From the NCBI RefSeq assembly GCF_004010195.1, contig NC_057740.1:14155771-14219770 (forward strand): 64,000 nucleotides of DNA, read 5' to 3'. This DNA is from Chiloscyllium plagiosum (Eukaryota). Every line of letters begins with the position of its first letter. Position 1 is the first letter of the stretch. Position numbers and translations under genes: made by a program. Of the stretch, positions 50,900 through 63,149 are shown in pieces. The notes beneath the pieces were generated by a model. It was not told where the DNA came from. It made no database searches and was given only the letters and a program-made list of their open reading frames with translations.

Positions 50900-53495
50900 A
50901 TCTTTTATTTGGCATCATAGATGGTCTCTTATTAAGCTGGATAAATTGCAGCTTCCGCAGGAGAGGGAGGGTCTAGATTTTTTGGATTTTAGGAAGTACC
51001 AATTGAGTTCCTTGTTATCCTATGTGACTGAATGGGCCTGTCACGATCCACAATCAATTTGGCTCAACATTGAGGCCTCCCAGACAAAATGCCCCCTCAT
51101 TAATTTGTTGTTTATGGACAAGATGAGAACTGTTATGGATCACTGGTAAAAACCAATTGTCCTAAACACAGTTAAAGCATGGAGAATGATGCAGCAGAGC
51201 AATTTACAAAAAACTTCCCCTTTCACTCCCAAAGCAGGAATGTCTGGATTCCCACCGGGTTCGATGGACTCTGGCTTTAAGCTCTGTGAGTCCAGAGGAA
51301 TCTCCTGTTTGGGAGATCTATTTGAAGAAGAGATCATGATGTCCTTGAACAGCTGAGTCAGAAGTTCGAGCTTCGTAGGAAGGATCTCTTTTGTTATTTC
51401 CAGGTTAGACACTTCATACAAAAAAACACTACATTGATGGTTAATCCCTACAAATTGGACATGGAGAGGACAGTGCTCCAGTCTATGGGTGCCCTCTCGA
51501 TTAGCACACTCTATCAATTGTTAGGTAGCAATGTTGCGAAGGACATTGAACAGTTATATAAAACCTAGACTTGAACTGAAGGTGGAAATCTCCTCTGATA
51601 TGTGGAAGGATATCTGGAAAAATGTTAGGAAGATCTCGATTTGTAATAGGACCCAGGCTGTTCAACTCAAGGTACTCCATCGGGCTCACCTGGCACCAGA
51701 ACAGCTTGCGAAATTCAAGACAGGAGTGTCCCCAATGTGCCCCAAGTGCAAAATGGAGGCTGGTACTCATACTCACTGCTCGTGTTCATGCCACAAGATC
51801 CATAGGTATTGGGATGACATAGCGAGTGCATTTGGTAAAGGTTTTGGGAACTGACGTTCACTTGGATCCGATATCCCTCCTTTTGGGTCTACTAAATCTC
51901 CCCTCCCTGGATGTACATGGGAAGAAATTGTTTAATATTCATTCTTTCTGCGCATGGAAGAACAACATTCTAATGAGATGGGTGTCAGAGAATCCCCCAG
52001 GACCCTCGAGTTGGCGTAGGATAGTCATGGAACACATCCCCCTGGACTTCCTTACGAATACGGTGCCCAAGAAAACAAAATTGTTTTACAAACCATGGCG
52101 GCCCTTTTTGAATTATATTGATGTAGATATATTGGCTATATTATCCAAAGCCTTTGTTTAGCCGTGAGGACTGTGTCTGTCAGATTGGGTGCCCCAGGAA
52201 GGATCCCTAACAAATACAGGTCTACTTGCTATTGCACCCAGTGGTGGGCACCTGTAATGAGATTGCGCTGAGTGCAGTAATTTAATTGAATATCATTTAA
52301 GTTACCTTGTTATAACTTGGTTTAATTTTATTTCATCTGTGTGTTTTTTGTTCTTTCTCCTTGGTTATTTATTGAACTTTTAGTTTTTATAGGGTTTTTT
52401 GTGTTTCTGTAGTCTGGAGTAATAGTTTGTTTCCTATTATTATAAAGTTGTCATACTATTTTGTATTGGATTAGTAAAAAACCCAAAATATTTTTTCAAT
52501 AAAAAAATGCAGTGCCAAGTTGTAGGGTTGGATCTGGGATAAGGTGCGGGGAAGGGAGATAAGGAAACTGGTAAAATGGACATTGATCTCGTGTGGTTGT
52601 TGGGTCTCAAAGTGGAAGGTGAGGTGTTCTTCCTTCAGGCATCGGGTGGCTAGAATTTGGCAGTGGAGGCGACCCAGGACTTGCGTGTCCTTGAAGTGGG
52701 AGGGGGAGTTGAAGTGTTCAGCCACAGGGTGATAGGGTTCTTTGGTGTGCGTCCCAGAGATGCTCTCTGAAATTTGTAGTGGTAGGGGAATGGGTCTGGG
52801 TGGGATACTCTTCGGAAGGTTTGTGTCGACTTGTTGGACCAAATGGCCTGTTTCAATACTGTAGGGATTCTATGATAACCCAAACTGGACATTGTTGAGC
52901 AAGTTATTTCCCAACAGTCAACAATGATTAGATTCTTAACTGTTTTCAATTCCACATATATTGTTGAATTTATTTGCCATGGTGGGCTTCAAAAATGCCA
53001 CCCTGACCTGGTCTGGTCTAAATGTGACTCCAAGCCCCCAGCAATGCAGTTGACTCTTAATGCAGTCTGAACGAGTCAGTTCAAGCAGCAATTAGGAATG
53101 GCCAATGAAATCTGACTCAGCCAGCCAAGCCCTCATTCCATGAACAAGAAAAGACTAAGTCAGATTCTTGTGGTAGTTGTAGTATCTATATGTCTAAGCC
53201 AGGGGCCAGGTCAAGTCCCACCTGCTACAGAGGTCTGAAATGACATCCCTGAACAGGGTGATTAGAAAATATCTAAAATAAAGCTAACCTCTCTGAGGGT
53301 CAATGCCCAAAGACCCTGCACTCTTCTCAGGGTTAAAATCCAGAGTTTGTACCCTTTTGAGGGTCAAGGCCAAAAGAAACTGTACCTCAGATCATCAGAA
53401 CCTGTCAGCACAAGGGTTCATGCCCTATGAGAGTCAGGGCTATTGGGATTGGAAATAAGAAAATAAGAGAAAAAATATTTTTGTAAATTGCTATT

Positions 53496-53501
53496 TTTAT
53501 T
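53496..53501 (-). terminator. Putative MRPL54 polyadenylation signal AATAAA
   Basis: Minus-strand AATAAA ~410 nt after the stop, followed by U-rich downstream sequence. Confidence 0.55.
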
Positions 53502-53671
53502 CTGCATCATTTATCAGTAAATGGAAAATGTGAAGCACATTTTTCCCAAGTGTCACTGTCTGAATCACATCACCCATGTTCAAGGAACACAGACACAATT
53601 CCTTTGGAACACAGACAATTCCTTCACAATACACTCCTGTGTGTTTGATTGTTGGTTTCAGTGCAAGTAGC

Positions 53672-53803
53672 TTAAAAATGTGTTGCTGGAAAAGCGCAGG
53701 TCAGGCAGCATCAAAGGAACAGGAGAATCGATGTTTCGGGCATAAGTCCGTCCAGCAACACATTTTTAAGCTCTGATCCCCAGCATCTGCAGTGCTCACT
53801 TTC
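53672..53803. mobile_element. Family-A PLE fold-back in the putative MRPL54 3'UTR
   Basis: TSD TTCAGTG(C/T)AAGTAGC at 53657-53671 and 53804-53818. Confidence 0.82.
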
Positions 53804-53909
53804 TTCAGTGTAAGTAGCACAGGATGTCCGTGATTTGAATTCTCTCCTTCAGACTGCAATCCTCATTGTCGAGAAATGGATCTCCGAGTCCAATATCCTT
53901 AAGATTTTT

Positions 53910-54042
53910 CTAGAATGCCTTTCCTTTGTGAACTTTGTTGTGTTGCCACATGTGCTGTTTTCTAATCAGTTTCCAGTATTCCCAAGATTCCGGGTCTAGT
54001 TCATCCAAACTCTTTGGTGGACCAAGGTGCAACCTAAACAAC
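53910..54042 (-). CDS. MRPL54: Mitochondrial ribosomal protein mL54, exon 3 (stop)
   Basis: ttgtag|[44 protein letters not shown]; total protein 130 aa. Confidence 0.95.
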
Positions 54043-55014
54043 CTACAAAACATTCATTTATTAAATAAATCCATTTATTGTCTGTGCAAGGCAATCACAA
54101 TAAACCAATGCCAGCTCAGGGGCTCCCCCTGATGGGGTAAAGAGGAGATTCATTGCAGCAAGGAGCTGAAGAAGTCAGCAAGACTAAAATTAAATACACA
54201 CTGAATTAGATGATGTCAGAAAAAACAACTTCTCAGCGGAGAGAAGATATTTTTTCAAAAATCTAGATTGTTTATCTGCCCCTGATCAGGGTCATGGTCC
54301 CTATAATCTGGCAAAGGTTCCCTGAATGTTCTCAGGGTGCTGGAAATTCCATAACTGTTGCCAATCCCAAGATGTAAGCAAACTGAGTGACATTGTGGAT
54401 CCCTACACAGGACTCGAGAGGCAACCAAAGAAGGTAGGGGTTGTGTAAGGGACCACATTTCTTTGAGTGAATGACATCAGTCAATCCATTGAATCTTTTT
54501 CGTTCCCTTGATAATTAGCAGGTTTTAAGATTAACTTGATTGACTGAATTCAGGACCCAGATTCAAGTCCCATCTGCTCCAGAAGTGTATTTTTAATCAA
54601 CCTTTCAGAGATGGTAAATGCAATACCCTAGCAGTTCTCTCACCAACCTCCTGTAAAATTCAAATTAATTGTGTAAGATCATAAATAGAAGTATGCTATT
54701 CAGTCCATTACATGGCATTTGATGACTGATCTAAGTGTGGGTTTAATGCCATTATTTTGTCTGTCCCCATGCAGTTCCCCTAGTGAACTGGAGCCCACAA
54801 AAGCCAGGTTACTCTTCAAATAACATAATCACTAAGCTACCATATCTGTTGAAACACAAATATCAATAGATATTACAGAAAATATCAATATCACATTCTT
54901 ACAAATTATATTCACATTCATGTTTCTTGGCACTGTGAGGGATATTTAACACTGACAGAAACTGACAAACTAATCAGGGTCAACTTGATATATTATAAAG
55001 GCACCTACAAGAAT

Positions 55015-55650
55015 TTTTAGTTATGAAGAGAGGTGGATTAGACTGGGGTTATTTGCTTTGGAGTAGAGGAGACTGAGGGGAAACCTGGTTTTGATATTTA
55101 AAATTAAATAAGGCATAGATTGGGGTAGACAGGAAGAAACATTTCCCCTTGGTGGAGGGGGACACAAAAGTAAGGGAAGGGGCAGGATGTTTCGAATTCA
55201 TTTTATCGTACTCACAGGAGTATGATAACTTAATGGCACCATCTTAGGTACAAAGGTACCTAGCTACAGAATCTAAGGTACAAAACAGAAAAATAAAGAA
55301 AACAAAGGTTAAAAAGATAAACATTCTAACTCTTCTAACCAAAAGAGAGAAAAACAAAGAAGCCCTGTTAACAGTTCAACATCACAGTCCATAATTATCT
55401 GTGAGAGGGGACGTGAGGAAAATAGTTTTCACTTAGAGGGTGGTAGGAATCTGAAATTCTCTGGGTATAAGTATTTTAGAGGCAGAGACCCTCTTAACAT
55501 TTAATAAGTATTTGGATGTGCACTTGCGATTGCAAAGTGCACAAAGCTATGGGCCAAGCGCTGGAAAACAGGATTAGAATAATTAGATGGTTGGTTTTCA
55601 GCAGAACAGACTCGATGGGCCAGAAGGCCTTCGTCTGCTGTATAGATCTT
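55015..55650 (+). mobile_element. CR1 3' fragment interrupted by a short minus-strand LINE tail (~55195-55400)
   Basis: CR1 ORF2 end; the insert resembles the reverse complement of 2740-2910. Confidence 0.65.
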
Positions 55651-56873
55651 GATGATTCCAGGGGGGCAGAATCTGAATTAGGCCAATTAAAAATTGGGAA
55701 AAACTTTTCCACATAAAGGGTTAATAGAGTCTGGAAATCACTGCATTAAATCAGCCATTTAACTGAAGAGCTTAAAGACGAAAGATACACAAACAATAAC
55801 AAAAGAAGCACGAGCAGGAACTGGTCAGTTGGTATTTTCAGTCCGCTCTGACATTCAACACAATAATGGCTAACCTTCTACCTCAATTCTGCCTGCCACA
55901 CTGTCCCCATTATTGTCCTTAGTATCTAAAAACCCATCAGCCTCTGTCTTGAATCTACTCAAAAATTGAGTATTTCTGGAAATGAGAATTCCAAAGGGTC
56001 ACAAATCATTTACTGATGTCTCATTTCAGTTCTACTCTGGAGATAATGGCCTTATGAATCCCTAATTGGGGAAACATTTTCTTAGTACTGACCCTGTCAA
56101 TCCTCTGAGATATTACGTTTCCATTAGAAGAACTCTCAAATATATTCTTCCATAACTGTACACATCACACCAGTGGCCTCATCAACATCTTATATAAGTG
56201 CTGGCCACATCCATATCCCATAAATTAATTTTAAAAATATGGACTTTAACCCAAACCTTCCAACTCAGAGACAGAGATACTATCACTGCATCATAAAACC
56301 CTAAACTTCGAAAAGGTGCTGCAGAGCTGCTTCTTTCATGGAAGTGAATAACTCCCGGGACCATTTCAGACTATTTAAGATTTAAGACCATCCAATGTGG
56401 AACCACAAAAGCAGGATTGGACGAGGATTGCAGATTTCCTTCCCAAGAGGACATTAGTGAGCCAAAAACGTTTTACTACAATTCGATCGTCACAGCTACT
56501 GATGCGAGCATTTTAACTGAACTTAAATTGCATGACTGCTACAAAAGAGGATTTCAACTCGTGTCTTTGGATTGTTAGTTCAGACCTCAGGGTGATGAGT
56601 CCCTAAGATAACCAATATGTTGTATTTCTCACTTTGTTGAACATATTCAAGTATACATATGGAGAAAGAACAGGGACTGGATTAACAAAATGAAGTTATC
56701 ATGACTAATAACAATGAATATCCCCTACAGACAATTATTGGACAAGAGGACAATAACCCCAAAACCATGACTATGGGCTATTACTACAGTTAGGTACCCA
56801 TACGTCCACTCGATCAAGGGCAAAAGGAAGTAAAGGAAGCACAACAAGTATCCAGGTAAGTGACAAAACTCAC

Positions 56874-57030
56874 CACTCAGGGTATTCTGCGTCTGGCCGC
56901 AGTTCTGGATCTTTGCCTTGTTTATAAATATTGACTCCCACAGCATGCGTGGTCAAAATTTCAGGATCCTTACAAACCTCTGGACCTTGCAGAACTTCTT
57001 TAACTCCCATCTTTCCTTTCCCCTTGACAG
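56874..57030 (-). CDS. MRPL54: Mitochondrial ribosomal protein mL54, exon 2
   Basis: ttgcag|[54 protein letters not shown]|gtgagt; matches the MRPL54 motif GVNIYK...PDAEYPEWL. Confidence 0.95.
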
Positions 57031-57179
57031 CTGCAATGATACAAAGGAAATATCAAGACAGGACTTAGCATCTTCAGGACCTTCTGAAGTATGAATGAAG
57101 TTAATGCACTAAGCTAGTCATTTGTTATGAAGTGGGGAGACATGGATAACATCATTACACGTGGGGACACAACCCACCA

Positions 57180-57490
57180 CTGTCTGAGCTATCACTTTAG
57201 CTTATAAACCCTTAAGTTATCTCAAGCATGTGACTTAATAGTAGTTCTGGGATTTACATATTAAATGAACCAAAACTTGCAACCCATTCTAAAAGATGAA
57301 AGACTTAACAGCAATCTAGATTTGTTCAATATATCGTTTCAGTTGCATGACACTAATTTTTTTGCTATAAACTGTGTCTTATGATCCTGCTCCACAGCAA
57401 CGTGATGAAGGAGCAGCGCTCCAAAAGCTAGTGCTTCCAAATAAACCTGTTGGACTATAACCTGGTGTTGTGTGATTTTTAAATTTAAAT
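57180..57490 (+). mobile_element. Family-B PLE terminus
   Basis: TGATGAAGGAGCAGCGCTCCAAAAGCTA core; similar to 38320-38590. Confidence 0.8.
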
Positions 57491-58161
57491 TTATTATGAA
57501 AGTTGTGCATTCAAGTTGGATGGGGATTGCTTTCACCAATACATGAATGACCCAGACGGGAAAAAGGCAGAGAGAGAAATCGGTGGGCCTGCTTGGTGTC
57601 GGGTGTCTAATGATTCTGTGCAGTCTTGGGACTGCTCAGAATGTGGGGACATGGAGAAGTTAGGCTTTGAGGCTTCATGAGGTGCTCCTGCCATGTGTTT
57701 TTAGTTGGCTGGGTGGCGGGGGAGTGGGGGAAGGTCTGTGGGCTACGTAGCCCATTGTGCTGGAAGGGGTGGGCACTCTGTACCCAAATAATACCCAGTC
57801 TGCAGAAAGTATGATGCTTGCTCCAACACTGTGCACCCTGGGGCAAGGCGTGAAGATGGATAACAGCAACACTGCCCAGCCCTATGGGACTGAGAGAGAA
57901 CCCGGCACCGACCACCCGGGGGGGGGTTGCAGGAGCATTCACGCTGTCTGAGGCCTGCTCTAGACGCTATGGAGTGTTAGCTGACCCCGGCTGACTGCTG
58001 GCGGGCGGGGGGGGTCCGGGGCCCGCTTACATTGCCCGGTCCGGGGTCGGTAACCTGCAGCCTCGCCTCAGGACAGGCCGATATTCAGGCCCTGCAGGCT
58101 CACAGCCGGGATCTACAGCCTTACCACAGCTTCAACAGAGGACTGCGCCTCCTCTACTCAC

Positions 58162-58264
58162 CCGCCTTCTTGGCATATCCACGAGCCACGACCGGACACG
58201 CTCGGACCGACTGCAACGCGAGCCTCACCGAGCAACACCGCCCTAACCCAGCACAGGTGGCCAT
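58162..58264 (-). CDS. MRPL54: Mitochondrial ribosomal protein mL54, exon 1 (targeting presequence)
   Basis: MATCAGLGRCCSVRLALQSVRACPVVARGYAKKA, G|gtgagt; Arg-rich, acid-free presequence ending RGYAKK; lies in CpG island. Confidence 0.88.
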
Positions 58265-58269
58265 TACTC

Positions 58270-58440
58270 TCCACCACCTCCCCGTCAATCACTCACCGTC
58301 CCGCCCCCTCTCCGTCAATCACTCACTGCCCCACCCCTTCCCCGTCAATCGCTCCTACCCCGCCCCCTCCCCGTCAATCACTCACCGTCCCGCCCCCTCT
58401 CCGTCAATCACTCACTGCCCCCACCCAGTTCCCATCACTC
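58270..58440. repeat. ~29-30 bp tandem repeat just upstream of the MRPL54 ATG
   Basis: About 5-6 copies of CCCCTCCCCGTCAATCACTCACCGTCCCGC-like units. Confidence 0.85.
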
Positions 58441-60915
58441 ACTTAAACTTCACCAACACATTCCACCCTGACCTTAAATTCACTTGGAACATCTCTGACA
58501 CCTCCCTCTCCTTCCTGGAACTCTTCATCTCCACTAATGACGATCGACTTGACACTGACATTTTTTACAAACCCACTGACTCCCACAGCTACCTTCTGCC
58601 TTACACCTTCTGCCACTCTACCTCGTGCAAAAATGTTATTCCTGTATTCGCAATTCCTCCGCCTCCGCTCCCAGGAGGACCAGTACCACCACAGAACACA
58701 CGAGATGGCCTCCTTCTTTCAAGACCACAATTTCCCTTCCCAGGTGGTTGAAGATACCCTCCAATGCATCTTGTCCACATCCTGCACCTCTGCTCTCAAA
58801 CCCCACCCCACCAACCATAATTGAGCCCCCACTCCTCACGTGCCACCCTACCAACCTTCGCATAAACCACATCATCTGCTGACATTCCTGTCACCTCCAA
58901 ACGGACCCTACCACCAGAGATATAGTTCCCTTTCCACCCCTTTCCGTAAAGAACATTCCCTGACTACCTGGTCAGGTCCACACCCCCCAACAAACCACCC
59001 TCCCCTGCCAACGCAGGAATTGCAAAACCTGCACCCACACCTCCTCCCTCACCTCTATCCAAGGCCCCAAAGGAGTCTTCCACATCCATCAAAGTTCCAC
59101 CTGCACATCCACCAATGTCCTTTATTATATCCGTTGCTCCCAATGCCATCTCCTCTGTAGAGCGTTTTAGGGAACATCTCCAGGACACGCACCAATCAAC
59201 TCCACTGGCCTGTAGCCCAACATTTCAACTTTCCCTCCCACACTGTCGAGGACATGCAGGTCCTGGGCCTCCTCCACCGCCGCTCCCTTACCACCTGACG
59301 CCTGGAGGAAGAACGCCTCATCTTCCACCTCAGAACACTTCAACCCAGGGCAGCAATGTGGACTTCACCAGTTTCCTCATTTCCTCAGTCCCTTTACGTA
59401 AGAACTGATCCTCATCCTTAACAACTTTTCCTTTGAATTCTCCCTCTTCCTTCAAACCAGAGGGGTGGCGATAGCTCGGACCTATGCAGGTACCTATGAC
59501 TGCATCTTTGTAGGATATGTGGAACAGTCCCTCTTCCGCAGCTACACCGGCACCATTCTCCACCACATTGATGACTGTATCTGCATTGCCTCGTACTCAG
59601 AGGAGGAGCTCAAACAGTTCATCAACTTCACCCACACCTTCCACCCAGACTTCAAATTCACCTGGACCATCTCTGACACCTGTCCCCTTCTTGGACCTCT
59701 CCATTTCTATCACTTGCAACCAGCAACTGACTTAGCACCAACATCTATTACAAACCCACTGACTCTCACAGCTACGTCGACTACATCTCTACCCACCCCC
59801 ATCTACAAAAATGCAATCCCATATTCCCAATTCCTCGATCTCCACTGTACCTGCTCCCAGGATGAGCAATTCCACTGCAGAACATCCCAGATGTCCTCCT
59901 ACTTCAAGGACCATAATTTTCCTCCTCAGTGATCAACAATGCCCTCAACCGCACCTCTTCCATCTCCCACACCTCGGACCTCAAAGCCCTCCATACAATC
60001 ACAAGAACAGAATCCCCTGGTCCTCACATTCCAGTCTACTGATCTCCAAATCCAGTGCATCATCCTCTACCATTTTCACCCCCATGCAGACTGACCCCAC
60101 CACCGCTATTTCCTTCCCTCCCCTATCTGCTTTCTGTAGGGACTGTTCCCTCTGCGACGCCTTCATTAGGTCCACACTCCACAATAACATCTCCTCCACA
60201 CCTGGCCCTCTCCCTGCAGATGCAGGAAGTGCAACAACTGCCCTCACACCTCACCCTCACCTCCATCCAAGGCCCCAAAGAATCATTCTAAGTCCAGCAG
60301 AGATTCACGTGCATATCCTCTAATCTGATTTACTGCACCCATTGCTCCCAATGTGGTCACCTCTATTTTAGAGAGACAGTGTGAAATTTTGGGGACCGGT
60401 TCAAGTAACATCTATGCTCTGTACTCTCCAATCAACTCCACATCCTGGTTGCCAGCCATTTCAACTTCCCCTCCTACACCCCCAACATGTCTATCCTGGG
60501 CCTCCCACACTGTCAAAATAAGGCCACACACAAACTGGAGGAACAATACCTCATCTTCCACGTTGGAAGTTTACAACCTTATGACCTCAATATAAAATTC
60601 ACCAGCTTCCAAATCTCTCTACCCCACACCTGATCCCAGGGTCAGTCCTCCCTCTCCACCCTGACCCTTTGAACTGACCTAACCTGTCCATCTTCCTTCC
60701 CAAGTATCTGCTGCACGCTTCCCACTGAGCAATGTCATTCATCTCCTACCCATATCCACCTATCACCACCGCACCAACCTTCCCCAGCCCCACACCCCTC
60801 CTTCTATTTATTTCTCAGCCCCCTTGTCAGTCCTGCCCGAAATATCGACTCTACTGCTCTTCTGATGCTGCTTGACCTGCTGTGCTTCTTGCAGCTCCAC
60901 ATTTTATCGACTCTA
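58441..60915 (+). mobile_element. Two tandem decayed Neptune-type PLE copies
   Basis: FTNTFHPDLKFTW, FYKPTDSHSY, FVGYVEQSLF, HIDDCI, KLEEQYLIFHVGSLQP motifs. Confidence 0.88.
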
Positions 60916-61036
60916 CCCCAGTCCACCTCCCCAGGCCTTCACCTGTCAATCATTCCTTGCCTCGCCCTGTGTCATAAAGCTACACACTCCACTGATGTCA
61001 GCAGCCCTCTTGCCACTTTGCTATTAGCAGGTGATC

Positions 61037-61360
61037 ATAGAATAGAATCCCTAGTGTGGAAACACACCATTTGGCTGAACAAGTCCGCATCGACCCACCG
61101 AAGAGCATCCAACCCAAACTCACTTTATCCATGTAACCCTGTATTTTCCATGGCTAATCAACCTAACCTACACATCCCAGGACAACTTAGCATAGCTATT
61201 CCACCTAACCTGTACATCTTTTGGACTGTAGGAGGAAGTCAGAGCACTTGGAAGAAACCCACGCAGATGCAGAGAAAATATGCAAAATCCAAATAGACAG
61301 TCAGCAGAGGTTGGAATTGAACCTGGGTCCCTAGTGCTGAGGCAGTAGTGCTAACCACAG
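61037..61360 (-). mobile_element. HE1-type SINE
   Basis: Same family as the other HE1 copies; further 3' pieces on the plus strand at ~42234-42358 and ~52776-52875. Confidence 0.8.
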
Positions 61361-61994
61361 AGGTGACATTGCAGTGCCTCCTAGAGACAGTTTCTATACA
61401 TTGCAGCATTGATTAGGACAGCCACCTTAGGTCAAGAGTATAAACAGTTTGGAGAGCACAAGGGCTGCTTCCCTAACTTACTCATTCCTTTGTCTGCTTA
61501 ACTTTCTTTCTCTAGGCACCATCTCCATCTATTTGCTAGCTTTCCCCCATCCACCATAAAATACCACCTTCCCTAGATCCTGTCACATCTGAAGAACAGT
61601 CACTGGCTTAAAATCGTAACTCTACTTCCTCTCCACAGATGCTGCTGAGCTTCTCCAGCAATTTGTTTTTGCTTGAGACTATTCCATTTTTCATGGCTGT
61701 AAAAGAGGCTCTTGTGGGAGTCAGAAATTCTAACTAAAAGTCTTACTCACCTTCCCTAAAGGTGTTATAATCTTTAAAAGATCATTGACGTTCACTGTGA
61801 CTATTAAAGTGCGACTTATGATAATGTTGGGAGAGTGAATTTGGGGAATAAAGGAAAGTATGCTGTTCCTTGTGCTCTGAACTGTTTTAACATCCAGGAA
61901 CTGATCCCTATTCTTCTACAGAAGCTAATTATTCAGTTAGTATCTGGTAAATGAAGATAAAATCTATTCCTAAGGTTTATATTACAGCAACTAG

Positions 61995-62789
61995 CGAGTT
62001 TGGAGAAGATTTGTAGCTCAGGTTGAGATTCTGGATGTAAGTTTGCTCACTGAGCTGGAAAGTTCAGTTTCAGATGCTTTATCACCATATTAGGTAACAT
62101 CATCAGTGAACCTCCAGTGAAGCACTGATGGTATGGTCTGCTTTTGGTGTGTTTAGGTTTCCTTCAGTTGATGTCATTTCCTGTTTTTTTTCCCCTCAGA
62201 GGGTGATAGATGGGGTCAAAGTCAATGTTTGTTGGTAGAGTTCTGGTCAGAATGCCATGCTTCTAGCAATTCTTGTGTGTCTCTGTGTTTGGTTTGTCCT
62301 AGAATGGATGTGTTGACCCAGTTAAAGTAGTGCCCTTGTATGTAAGGATATTAGTGATAGTGGGTCATGTCTTTTTGTGGCTAGTTTTCTGCCTGTTTGT
62401 CAAATATAGTGTCTGTTACAGTTCTTGCGAGGTATTTTGTAAATGACGTTCGTTTTGTTTGTTGTTTGTATAGGATCTTTGATGTTCATTAGCTGCTGTT
62501 TTAGTTTGGTTGGTTTGTTGGCTACCATGGTGCCAAGACATCAGAGTAGTTTGGCAATCATTTCCAAGATGTCTTTGATTTAGGGGAGAGTGACTAGGGT
62601 TTCTGGGCACGTTTTGTTTGCTTGTTTGGGTTTGTTGCTGAGAAAGCGACATTCTGAGGATACCTGAACACAAATAGAAAGCAGGTCATAACACAAGTAC
62701 TTCACCAGAGGCACACTGATGTTATCTAGTATGTTGATGAAAAATCTGAAAATGAACCTTCCAGCTCAGCAAGCAAACTTACATTGAGG
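61995..62789 (-). mobile_element. Poseidon-type PLE fragment with inverted terminal copy
   Basis: Similar to 30110-30800; TSD ACAG(C/T)AACTAG at 61984-61994 and 62790-62800. Confidence 0.8.
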
Positions 62790-63149
62790 ACAGTAACTAG
62801 TGGTAAAGTTAATAAATATGTAAACTCATTTTATTCAGTTACATATTTATGAAGGTAATAGAAACATTAAGGGCGGATCTGGCTGATGTGGCACAGCTGC
62901 AGTATTCGAGAGTTCCTAGATGACAGTTTGGTGCAAGGCAAAATGTTAACAGTAAATCAGAGTCATAGAAAAGTATTTTAACATCGAGCAGTTTGGACTC
63001 ACTTTATGAGCTCAAGGCTTCAGTGTGACAACAGGTAGAGAGAGTTATTTGGATACTTTATATCAGGAGACAGCCACGCCTCATGATTGGGTCATCTGGT
63101 TTAATAGGTTTTCAGGGACAAGACAGTGTGACTGAAATAGTTAAGAGTC

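Larger units (their letters stand above)
49680..52507 (+). mobile_element. L1-clade LINE ORF2 (decayed) with nested insertions
   Basis: GCHQGCPLSPLLF, YADDVLL, WLGRIALVKINVLP, CPKCK knuckle, A tail; splits a PLE fragment (~49535-49680 and ~52508-52770). Confidence 0.9.
57880..58440. promoter_or_regulatory. CpG island / MRPL54 promoter
   Basis: Only strongly CpG- and GC-rich non-TE stretch; spans MRPL54 exon 1; contains GC boxes (CCCGCCCC). Confidence 0.75.

Noticed and set aside
56874-58264. Initially read as non-coding 5' exons of the paracaspase
   Set aside because: They translate in frame to MRPL54 and splice to a stop-containing exon at 54042-53910.
58032-58751. 239-aa plus-strand ORF
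   Set aside because: Chimera of antisense MRPL54 exon 1, the promoter tandem repeat and decayed PLE RT.
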